The position numbers and the translations under genes were made by a program. Source: a virus (lineage: Duplodnaviria > Caudoviricetes). Taken from it: a stretch of DNA of 64,000 nt. The notes under the pieces are model-generated. The model did no database searches, was not told the DNA's origin, and saw only the letters and a list, made by a program, of their open reading frames with translations. The stretch lies in IMG/VR virus record IMGVR_UViG_3300037454_000542, positions 1-64,000 of that record. One strand, written 5' to 3'. Positions 25,036 to 33,954 of this stretch are shown here, in pieces. Position 1 is the first letter of the stretch. Every line of letters starts with the position of its first letter.

Positions 25036-27984
25036 TCAAATGTCGTCGATTACTAATGAATAATTTGTTCCGTTTATTAACTCAACATGAGCATAGCTTA
25101 CCGTCGGCCTGCTTGTTATGCCGCTCCACGGCGTTTGGTTTGCGACCAAAGCCAAAGCCGCAGTCCCTGCGGAATTGGCATATGTGGCACTATCGGCAGA
25201 TAGTATCCGCCCGGGAATCTTGCCATCAGTACGAAATTGATAAACGAACGACCCTCCAACAACCAGCCAGTTTGCAGCCGTGAACGTGCCAGTGGTTTGC
25301 GTTATGCAAATGTATTTTGTTGCAACACCGCTTTTTGTCACTTTGCAGTAATCGCCGGGATTGTACGTTTGTGAGGTGCTATACTCATCAAACGTAATAT
25401 CCAGCTCTTCTATGTACACGATGTACGTTCCGGCAGGCAACGTATTATTAGTCGTAGATGTGCGCGTTCCGTTTATGTACACAACCATCGCACCAGTTGA
25501 GTTTGTGTTGAGCGTTATTGTATTAGCAACAGTGTTTGCGTATCGAACATTTACGTGCGCATAGTGTTTATCTGCTAGTACAAAATATGTGCAAGTTCCG
25601 ACTTTAGCTGCGGTCGCAGCGGCGGTATCAACCTGAATTGACGGAACGGTATTAGAGTTACTATCGTAGTCGGCTATTTTCCAACAGCCGCTGCATGTAT
25701 AGCTAGCATATGTAGAGGTGGTCGCGGATGTTTGTACCCAGTTTCCAGCCTTGTTCTCGTGGCGAACCAGTACATACTTTTTACTTGAATAAAGTACCAC
25801 GTCACCTTTGGACCACGTATCGTGCCCTTCGACCGTAACTCCGTCGGTTAAGGGATCTGTAGTGCTTGTTAATGTCGCAGTCTTGGCGCATGCGAGGTAC
25901 ATTGTTCCATCGACATCGGCATCGAACGTGAGAGTGATAATGCTATCAACTGCGTATCTGGTACCTATAGCTGTAGAAACATTTGCCAGAATTATGTTTT
26001 CATCGTCGAAATCATTCAGACGCAACGCAGTTCCATAGGAACTCTGTCCGGCGATCTCTATTTTGTAGTTAATTGTCAGGCCATCGTATAACTCCGAAAT
26101 ATCTGTATTATTGCCGTGCCATACACAAGAAGTTCTACTCGCAGATGTTGTCGAGCCCGGCACTGATCCTGAACCCTTTACGTAAAACACCCCTCCACTA
26201 GGAGGTTCGGCCCACGTTCCATCGTGCCTCAAAAACTTTTCCGTGTCGCTCGTGTTTATCTGCATTCCGGTTGGGCCTTTAATAGTCTCTCCGCCCTTGG
26301 CGGTGAGAATATAAGCCCCATCAGTGGGCGGATTCATAACGCTTTCTGCGCCGAGTATAATCGTGCTCGCGTTCTGCGTATGGGCACCGGTTATGTAATT
26401 GACTAAGTACAGCAGACCGCCCGGCAGAACACCTACGCCTGACGCGTAAGAGACGTTGAAAAGAAAAACACATCCAACAGGAATCGATGCGGCCGCCGAA
26501 GCGTTTACATTATTTATGAATCCAGAAAACGCGTAATAGTTGCTTGTGCCGATGCCTCGAATGCCTATATAATTGACAAAGCCGGTGTAGGAAGTTAAGG
26601 ACAAAGCGATTGTTACTTTCAGGTCGTTAGATCCGCCGTCTGCCGCAACTTGGGAAACCACCGGAAAATCATCCGCAGCGTATGAGAACGCATACATTTT
26701 GTTATACGTTACGCCTGGGGACATGTCCGTCACGGAAGTAAACGACGATAGCTCAACAAGCCCGCGCTTGCCATTGATCGCGTCATATGTAGCTTTTGCA
26801 GTCGGGTATTGCGTATGAGTTGAAAGAACTGAGATAGTTTGTGTTTTGTTGATAGAATCCTCTTTGCCGGCAACTGCATTGTCGGTGTATCCTTCTGCTG
26901 CGGCTAAAGCTTCGTCTATAGCATCTACTACAGGCAAAATGGTTACAGTGCATGTAGTGCCATCAAAAGACGCGTTCACGACACATATTTCTTCGCCATC
27001 GCCGCTGCTAACAGTCGTCGTTCCTGTATATACCAAGGGATCATTTTCGTTGGCAAGATTTCCCCATGACTTTCGAAGAACAAAGTAACGCATTTGTGCC
27101 GATTGCTCTTGGAGAGTCGTTGTTTGGAAAAGCACCATCGAATCTTGACGTGTTCTGAATGATTCTTCAATCGCGCTCGCGTTCGCTGCCGATATATTGA
27201 AAGTGTATTCAAAGCCGCTGCCAGTCCCGGTCAGCGTCACATTCCCAAGATTAACGAAATTGTTGTCGTCAAACGTCGCTTGTTCTATTGCTGTCTGTAT
27301 TGCATCATATATGCCGGAACTCGCAACAGGATTCGAGCTGCTTGAGGTGACTGTGCTATCGACCGTTATTGCGGGAGGAATAGTAGGCTTGTTTTTAATA
27401 TAACTCGGCGCAGTAGTGTCCGTCTGATTCCAGTCGGATTGCACATTGCTGCCACCACCGCCGCTAAACGGCACGCCGTGCCCCATCATATCGCCATTGC
27501 TGTCAACAAGGTGAATGACGGTTTCGTCATCAATAACCGATGTCCCGAGGTCGCTTGCTCTCGCGGCAATAACATATTCATCGGAGCCGGGCGCGGCGTC
27601 CAAATCGTAGTTTGATTTGTCAACCACGATATAGAACGTTGAAGAGGTCAGCAGAACTGTATCAGAGTTCGCGGAAGCGTAAACCGTAATATCACAGTTT
27701 ACCACGCCCACAAGATCCATCACATTGCCAGGAATTTTGAAAGTAACGCTTCCGTCACTTTCGATTGTCGCATTAGTGTAGATCGTTGTGTCGTCGGGCT
27801 TAGTCATATTGAGCCGCGCCGACGTGCTAACCACTACTTGTCCCGCTGCGCTCATAAGCGTAACGGTAATGTATCTGGAGTTCTTATCATACTGCTTTGC
27901 GTAGATATAGGAAGGGGTATTGTGCGACGCATCATCAGTGAAAATTGTTGCATGTGTCACAATTTTGTTATCGGTGGTTGCCAA
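25036..27984 (-). CDS. Baseplate upper (BppU-like) protein/fibre
   Basis: N-terminal AKQYDKNSR..KPD..G...CDI..SSTFYI; QSDWNQTD..YIKNKP; FLRHDGTW; CBM5/12-like YNPGDY..YIC..W. Confidence 0.72.
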   Translation of the reverse strand: MATTDNKIVTHATIFTDDASHNTPSYIYAKQYDKNSRYITVTLMSAAGQVVVSTSARLNMTKPDDTTIYTNATIESDGSVTFKIPGNVMDLVGVVNCDITVYASANSDTVLLTSSTFYIVVDKSNYDLDAAPGSDEYVIAARASDLGTSVIDDETVIHLVDSNGDMMGHGVPFSGGGGSNVQSDWNQTDTTAPSYIKNKPTIPPAITVDSTVTSSSSNPVASSGIYDAIQTAIEQATFDDNNFVNLGNVTLTGTGSGFEYTFNISAANASAIEESFRTRQDSMVLFQTTTLQEQSAQMRYFVLRKSWGNLANENDPLVYTGTTTVSSGDGEEICVVNASFDGTTCTVTILPVVDAIDEALAAAEGYTDNAVAGKEDSINKTQTISVLSTHTQYPTAKATYDAINGKRGLVELSSFTSVTDMSPGVTYNKMYAFSYAADDFPVVSQVAADGGSNDLKVTIALSLTSYTGFVNYIGIRGIGTSNYYAFSGFINNVNASAAASIPVGCVFLFNVSYASGVGVLPGGLLYLVNYITGAHTQNASTIILGAESVMNPPTDGAYILTAKGGETIKGPTGMQINTSDTEKFLRHDGTWAEPPSGGVFYVKGSGSVPGSTTSASRTSCVWHGNNTDISELYDGLTINYKIEIAGQSSYGTALRLNDFDDENIILANVSTAIGTRYAVDSIITLTFDADVDGTMYLACAKTATLTSTTDPLTDGVTVEGHDTWSKGDVVLYSSKKYVLVRHENKAGNWVQTSATTSTYASYTCSGCWKIADYDSNSNTVPSIQVDTAAATAAKVGTCTYFVLADKHYAHVNVRYANTVANTITLNTNSTGAMVVYINGTRTSTTNNTLPAGTYIVYIEELDITFDEYSTSQTYNPGDYCKVTKSGVATKYICITQTTGTFTAANWLVVGGSFVYQFRTDGKIPGRILSADSATYANSAGTAALALVANQTPWSGITSRPTVSYAHVELINGTNYSLVIDDI

Positions 27985-28000
27985 TTTTTGCCACTTCCTT

Positions 28001-28384
28001 TCATATTGTTATTGCTACCCTGAAATTCGAGGATTTATATATAAAATCATTGTCGTCTTGATCTGTACCCGTAACGCGAATCTCACAGAACAGCAGACTC
28101 GCCACCCGCAATGCTTGCGGTATAGCAAATACTATTTCGCCGTGCGCGCCAATCGTGCAGTTTATGTCCGTTTTTTCGTAGCTGTGTTTAAGCCGCGCCT
28201 TCGTAACGCAGCATTTTGCGGTAAGAGACTGGCTTACCGGAAAGGGTTTCCCATCCGCGAAGAGGTAAACCACAATGTCATAGTTCGTCCTTCCAGTTAA
28301 ACGAAAGGTTACTGTTTCGCCGGTGGACTTGTCATCAAGATATGCGATAGTGTCGCAATCCACCCCGTTGATATAGCGTTTCAT
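28001..28384 (-). CDS. Hypothetical baseplate-region protein
   Basis: RBS GAGGTG; beta-rich; position in the tail module. Confidence 0.55.
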   Translation of the reverse strand: MKRYINGVDCDTIAYLDDKSTGETVTFRLTGRTNYDIVVYLFADGKPFPVSQSLTAKCCVTKARLKHSYEKTDINCTIGAHGEIVFAIPQALRVASLLFCEIRVTGTDQDDNDFIYKSSNFRVAITI

Positions 28385-28405
28385 TGCTTCACCTCGTTAG
28401 AGAAA

Positions 28406-28427
28406 GAGGGGAGAATGATCTCCCCTC
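28406..28427 (-). terminator. Intergenic hairpin, possible terminator
   Basis: GAGGGGAGA/TCTCCCCTC, followed by TTTCTCT on the - strand. Confidence 0.55.
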
Positions 28428-28431
28428 CACT

Positions 28432-28797
28432 TCACTTTTCTTCGTCTATGAAATCTAAAAGAGGATACATTTGTTGCAAGGACATTTTCAGTTCGCTGCT
28501 AAGCTCGGACAGAGAAAAGCGGATGCCCGGGTCTTGCGCGTCGGTATTCTGAAGCGCTTCAACTGCGTTCAAAAACTTGTCTCGATGCTCTGCGCCGACT
28601 TCTATGCCGCCGTCGTCATGAACTGTAGCATTGTACTTTTCAATTATCTTTTTTAGCTCTGCGACATAGAAATCTGTGTCGCTTTGCGTGGCAGCGATGA
28701 ATTTTGCGAGCCAGTACGCGAGATGCGTGCCGATCTTTTTGTCGGCTGCAATTTCTTCAACCGTAGTGTGAGCCTTAACAATAGTCTTTAGTTTCAT
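28432..28797 (-). CDS. Hypothetical tail-region protein
   Basis: RBS AAGGAG; overlaps the tail spike stop. Confidence 0.65.
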   Translation of the reverse strand: MKLKTIVKAHTTVEEIAADKKIGTHLAYWLAKFIAATQSDTDFYVAELKKIIEKYNATVHDDGGIEVGAEHRDKFLNAVEALQNTDAQDPGIRFSLSELSSELKMSLQQMYPLLDFIDEEK

Positions 28798-31700
28798 AAT
28801 GTTTCTCCTTAATGTCCGTTAATTGTTTTTCAAGTTCTGTAATTCGCCGCTTGAGTTGTTGTATCTCCCAAACGTTCATCGCTGCGAACTCAGCGTAATC
28901 CAGCGAGTATGTGTCATCGTGGTGAATTATGCCAAAGTCCTTTTCGCTCATCCCGTTTTCGCCAAGTGCGTCTGCAACGTCTTGCGCGATGAAGCCAAAT
29001 CGCTTCTTTCCGGCCGAATCGCTCTTCATTGTGTACACAGCAGGTTTGAGGCTGTTGAAGACGCGGTCTGCAAAAGCAAGATCGTATGAGATGGCGGTTT
29101 TGAGGCACCTGTCCGAAGATGTGTGAACTTGACTTGTATAAACGTCACCAATATATCCGTTTTTCCAATACCGATTGCCTCTTCCTAAGTCGTATGTGTT
29201 CGCTACGCCGGGAACAACGTTGTTAGTAATACTCATACCATAAACGGGAGTGGTAGCCGTGTTGGATCGGTAAGTATAGCTCGCCGGGGCGTATGAAGTG
29301 ACTTCCTGGCTTGAGGGTGCGCTGGGAGTTGGTGCGACGTGAAAGCGGTTGATTATGTCTACTGTCGTACTGCCACTCGTGGTGCCCTTAGCTAAATATA
29401 CATCTATTGATTTGCTAAATGTCGTAGCACTACCATAGTCCGAACCAAAGCTAAAGGTTGCGCTAACGTTGACGGTCACAAACAGCCCCGTTGGCATTTG
29501 GGCATTGCCCCCCGTCGTAACGGTTGCCACGAATCTTACATAATCCGCTGTCGCTGAGCAGTTTACGCTTGCGTTAAAATTTATTGTAGTCGTAGTAGTA
29601 GATGTATAGCATTCGTCATAAATACTCGTATACGGCATTCTTATCGCCAGATGAGCTGTCGTGCTGTCAGCCGGATATAGCGTGATGGTATTGGCAGTGA
29701 TGTTGGTGCCGTACATATCACCTCTAACTGCCAGACTTTCAACGCCCAGATTGTCTATGTAGCTCATTTGACCGCTTGTTGACACAACGTCAATACCGTC
29801 GCCCATGAACTTTCCACCGGAAGCATAAATAATGCCGCTGAAGACAAAGCTGTTAGTCCCAAGATTAAATGTCACGTACGACGCTTTGTTGTCGCTGAGA
29901 AGCGAAAATCCGTCTGTTCCTAGATATATTCCGCTTCGTGTGCTGCTAAGCGTGCTTTTGGAATTGCTGTACATTTTGCCCGTGCCGATTGTAAATCCTG
30001 CCAAGCCGCCTATATATCCGGCGTTTGCGGTTATGTTGCCCCGAACAATTACGTTACCATCTGTATCGGCCTGAAATACATTGAGCGATCCTTGTTTAAC
30101 GACAATGCCACCGTCATTTATCACGACAGAGCTATTGGCGTTTCTTATTTCAAGAGCCTCACCTAATAGCAGAGACCCAATAAGCACTTCCGCAACCAAT
30201 CCATACGCTGTAACATTGCTTCCGCCGCTGTCTGTGTATGTTATTTTACCCAACGCGGCCTTTGCTGTTGCCCAGTTATCGTCGGTGAATATAATCATGT
30301 TATTCACTATCCGCAACTGTTCGTTCGCAAATGCGTCTTGGTTGGCATCAGTAAACTTGCGTCCCAAGATGCCAGTGTCGTCAATCTTAAACTCTTGGTT
30401 GTTCATATTAGCGAACGTAGCTCTAAGTGCCGATGAAAGCGGATTCTTAATGAGCGGCGTAATATACGATTTGTCCTTTGAGTATTCCAGCATATTTTGC
30501 CAGTTCGCGCCAACTTGCTTTGAAACGCTACTCGACGTCGCCATCAAATCGCCGTAGGTATAGCCCCAGTCATCGAGGCGCAGCGCGTTTGCAAACGTCA
30601 GAGAGAACGTGTCGGTAGTGTCAAGGTTGTATTCCATCTCGAGAAGGGCGGGATAGTACCACAAGCCTTCTTCTTTTTCGACAGTGATTATCTTGCCGAG
30701 CTCGAGTTCAGACATTTGGTTTCTGAACTCATATAGCTTGCTGCAATCCACCGAGGTAATTGAGAACTGCAACTTAGGCTGGCAGACTTTAGAAAGCTCC
30801 AACTCGCCGGCGTGCATCAACTCGAGCGCGAGACTGAGCGTTTGGGCCGCTGTTGTTTCGTCTGTTACTTCAATATTATCGTTGGTATAGTCGCCTTCGA
30901 TCCAGTATCTCCCGAGCTCTCTGAGAAGGGCGGGAGTATTGGAGAAGTAGTTGATGATATTACACTGCGAGCTTATGGCTTCAAGAGCTGCGTATCGCGT
31001 GTCAACGGCCTGCTGAGCGCCGGCAATCAATGTCTCAAGCTGCTTTTTCTTAGTATCGTAGCGTTTCTTCCAGGCGGTTGCAGAATACAAATCTGCATAA
31101 CGCTTGAATCCGCCACAGCCAAATTGACCTGCCGACGTAACGGTGGTTGCGTCATGAGAAACCATAAGACACTGCTTTGCGAGATCCCAATGATCGTTCT
31201 TAATGACGTCCAAGTCTTCAAACCACGCATCCCAATAAGCAGCGTTGTCGTCCCAACTGCCTTGGCGCACATTGATTATGAGCTTCTTGCGAGCTTTATC
31301 TAACCGCAAAAGATCTGCCAAATCCTTAAATCCGCACAATGAGTCTGCGTATTCATATATCTGGCTCTCGGTCAATATTTCGCGATTCTCGCAAATTGGT
31401 GTCAGGTCGGCAGACCAAACCCCTCCGTTAGAGTCCCACATTTCAACGCCGATGCTGTAAGTCGTGGCCACATTCTCATCTACTTCTTCTGGGCCGACTG
31501 TTATGTTTTCTTCCCACTCAGGATAATATTCAGCCATTTCAATCGGCGAAACGAACGGTCGAAGATGGTAGTCAACATTACCGTTGCAATATGAGTTATA
31601 ATCATCGCATAACTGGTTTATCTGTGATATATTACTTGCATATGCCGCAGACTGCGTATCATATTGATAGAACCCAGACGGAACAAGCTCGATCTCTTTT

Positions 31701-33088
31701 TGAACGGCAAGTCCCCTCACAGCTCCGGTCAGCTTGCAATAGCTATCAAAGATGGGTCCAGTCATGTCGCCGAAGTAATAATATTCAGCGTTGTAACACG
31801 CTTCGGCGGTGCCGGTCATAGGTGTTCCGCTAAAAGTATAATATATTCTGCCTCCAACAGTGGTGGTTGTCGGCTGGTTGGCATAGGCCGTTATTTGACT
31901 ATTTGCAGTAAATTCGGCGTTCTTGTATCTGGAGCTTGGCTCAAGAGATTTTTCGCCAGTTTCGACGGTCTCACACCATATGGTTCCATAAGGCGGGTTC
32001 GATCCTTCGACCTGCGCCACCGAACGCTTTTGCTCGGCGTTGTCGAGGTCTGTATAAATCGTTGAAATCTCCGTCAACTGATCCTGATACTTCGTCAGCC
32101 TCAGATAGTCGTCCTGCAATCCTGCAACGTGGGCTACATAATATCCCTGTTGGGAATCGACAAAAGCTTTCCACTGCCTCAGCTTTTCCTTCAGAGCATC
32201 AGACATCCAGCGATTGTCGTTATCCATATAATAGCTAAAGTCGCAGATATATTTTGTGCCGGTCGGGTTAACGCTGGAGATGTCACAATTTGTGCCTTCA
32301 CAGTTCATAACCGTGACAATATCTTCGGAGTTTTCCTCGACCTGAACTTCCTTCATAAAGTTACTAAAGGTAAAGAGAACATTGGCCTTTTCGGTTACTT
32401 CCTCGGTAAGCATCGCGTGGATCGTCTTAAATCTGAAGTCGAACAGAATGAGGCACTCATACGCCTCTTCGACAGACTTAACGAGCCACTCATAACCCGT
32501 GCAGGTTTCCTCTTTGAACGATCTGGCTTTTTGCCTCAAGGCCGAACTTATATATGTTACAGTCCATTCGTCGTAAGGCTCGGCGGGATCTTCCAGACCT
32601 TGCCCGAGTGCAAGCTGCACACCAAGTTGCTGATGAATCTGCCCGATAACAGAAGGAACTGCGCCTTCGTCGCTCGCGTCGTAATTCGCGTCAGTGGGGT
32701 CAGAGGGGTTGTAGAAGTAATAAACTCTATCCTCGCAATACACGCCTTTGTCCTGCAAAACGATCTGCCCGGAAGAACAGGTGACGTCCTTCGATTTGAC
32801 GACGCCGTTATCCGTCTCTGTCACACTGGTTATTATAAACTCGCCGATGCCAGTAGCAATAATTCTGCGGCGAGTTTGGATATAGTCGTAGTAATCTAAA
32901 TCCACCTTTTCGCCCTCGCTGTTTGTCGTGGTCGAAAAGCAAGTGAACGTCAACTCTGACAAATCATTGAAGCGCAGCCTCAAAATGCGGTCTGTCGCGA
33001 CGACGGGGAACAGCTCTCTGCCGTCGGGGTTGACAAGGTACAGCTCGGTTTCGTTTAGGTTGTGGTAGTAGTCGAAAGATAGATTCAT
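28775..33088 (-). CDS. Tail tip/spike (Tal-like) protein with C-terminal intramolecular chaperone (peptidase S74-like)
   Basis: Follows Dit; SSVNPTGT.YI.DFSYY; C-terminal SDRCLK..LKP..GFIAQDV..LDY.EF plus coiled coil. Confidence 0.85.
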   Translation of the reverse strand: MNLSFDYYHNLNETELYLVNPDGRELFPVVATDRILRLRFNDLSELTFTCFSTTTNSEGEKVDLDYYDYIQTRRRIIATGIGEFIITSVTETDNGVVKSKDVTCSSGQIVLQDKGVYCEDRVYYFYNPSDPTDANYDASDEGAVPSVIGQIHQQLGVQLALGQGLEDPAEPYDEWTVTYISSALRQKARSFKEETCTGYEWLVKSVEEAYECLILFDFRFKTIHAMLTEEVTEKANVLFTFSNFMKEVQVEENSEDIVTVMNCEGTNCDISSVNPTGTKYICDFSYYMDNDNRWMSDALKEKLRQWKAFVDSQQGYYVAHVAGLQDDYLRLTKYQDQLTEISTIYTDLDNAEQKRSVAQVEGSNPPYGTIWCETVETGEKSLEPSSRYKNAEFTANSQITAYANQPTTTTVGGRIYYTFSGTPMTGTAEACYNAEYYYFGDMTGPIFDSYCKLTGAVRGLAVQKEIELVPSGFYQYDTQSAAYASNISQINQLCDDYNSYCNGNVDYHLRPFVSPIEMAEYYPEWEENITVGPEEVDENVATTYSIGVEMWDSNGGVWSADLTPICENREILTESQIYEYADSLCGFKDLADLLRLDKARKKLIINVRQGSWDDNAAYWDAWFEDLDVIKNDHWDLAKQCLMVSHDATTVTSAGQFGCGGFKRYADLYSATAWKKRYDTKKKQLETLIAGAQQAVDTRYAALEAISSQCNIINYFSNTPALLRELGRYWIEGDYTNDNIEVTDETTAAQTLSLALELMHAGELELSKVCQPKLQFSITSVDCSKLYEFRNQMSELELGKIITVEKEEGLWYYPALLEMEYNLDTTDTFSLTFANALRLDDWGYTYGDLMATSSSVSKQVGANWQNMLEYSKDKSYITPLIKNPLSSALRATFANMNNQEFKIDDTGILGRKFTDANQDAFANEQLRIVNNMIIFTDDNWATAKAALGKITYTDSGGSNVTAYGLVAEVLIGSLLLGEALEIRNANSSVVINDGGIVVKQGSLNVFQADTDGNVIVRGNITANAGYIGGLAGFTIGTGKMYSNSKSTLSSTRSGIYLGTDGFSLLSDNKASYVTFNLGTNSFVFSGIIYASGGKFMGDGIDVVSTSGQMSYIDNLGVESLAVRGDMYGTNITANTITLYPADSTTAHLAIRMPYTSIYDECYTSTTTTTINFNASVNCSATADYVRFVATVTTGGNAQMPTGLFVTVNVSATFSFGSDYGSATTFSKSIDVYLAKGTTSGSTTVDIINRFHVAPTPSAPSSQEVTSYAPASYTYRSNTATTPVYGMSITNNVVPGVANTYDLGRGNRYWKNGYIGDVYTSQVHTSSDRCLKTAISYDLAFADRVFNSLKPAVYTMKSDSAGKKRFGFIAQDVADALGENGMSEKDFGIIHHDDTYSLDYAEFAAMNVWEIQQLKRRITELEKQLTDIKEKHYETKDYC

Positions 33089-33103
33089 ATCGCAACCCTC
33101 TCC

Positions 33104-33886
33104 TTAATAACCGATCATAGCGTACCACGGGCAAGTTATTGTAACGGTGCCCGGGCAAGTGACCGTCAGTGTATTCTGTCCCTGCCTTAATCTCAGCCAG
33201 TTCTTGCTTGTGAACTTTGATAGTTTTTCGCCGCCGAGTGTGCTGGTTATGGTCTTTGTTTCGCAATCAACCGTAACTGTTTCGCCGGCGGTTAAGCCGG
33301 AGAACGCAAACGCTCTGCTGGCGTCATCAGTTGTATTTATGATGCTGATAGAGCCGCCGGTGAATTGCACCGTAGGATAAGTGTATCCATCGCGGATGTC
33401 AGATTTATTCTGTATTGTAACTGTGCGCGTCCCGCTGCCGGTAGAAGTGACTGTCGTGGGTACGCCGCGCGCAAACGGGGAGTCAAGACTGCCCGTCAGT
33501 CTAAAGCCGTGACATTCACCGTTGACATAAACTGTGGACGACGATGTGAACACGCAATAGTAATCAAAATCTTCCCAGTCATCGTTGTGGAACTTCAGAG
33601 GCTTGAAGGTCTTGCGGCCAATAAGCCACGACAAAATCTCGGATCTGAGTTCGATGGGTATGACCGTCTCGCTAACAACGGTGAAGTTGCACGTCGGGGG
33701 AGAGTCATACTCCAAACCGCCATGGTAGAACCGAATCAGCGACGGTACTTTAAGCACGGAAAGACTTGGAGAGAAGGCGTCATTCTCCTCCACGGACTCT
33801 GGCGTGAATCCGGTAAATTCGGCCATCTGTAAACCATAGGTGCCAGAGAAAACGCCGTCATAAGTGAAATATGTTGAGTTTATCAA
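33104..33886 (-). CDS. Distal tail protein (Dit)
   Basis: Directly after TMP; FTYDG..S, DSPFA, YPTV, WLRLRQGQNTL. Confidence 0.82.
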   Translation of the reverse strand: MINSTYFTYDGVFSGTYGLQMAEFTGFTPESVEENDAFSPSLSVLKVPSLIRFYHGGLEYDSPPTCNFTVVSETVIPIELRSEILSWLIGRKTFKPLKFHNDDWEDFDYYCVFTSSSTVYVNGECHGFRLTGSLDSPFARGVPTTVTSTGSGTRTVTIQNKSDIRDGYTYPTVQFTGGSISIINTTDDASRAFAFSGLTAGETVTVDCETKTITSTLGGEKLSKFTSKNWLRLRQGQNTLTVTCPGTVTITCPWYAMIGY

Positions 33887-33911
33887 TCTTATTCTCTCCT
33901 TTCTTTGAGTA

Positions 33912-33942
33912 ACGCAGGGTACACATTACGCATACCCTGCGT
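33912..33942. terminator. Intergenic hairpin after TMP
   Basis: ACGCAGGGTA/TACCCTGCGT 10-bp stem; weak U-tract. Confidence 0.45.
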
Positions 33943-33954
33943 ACTAAGCATTAG

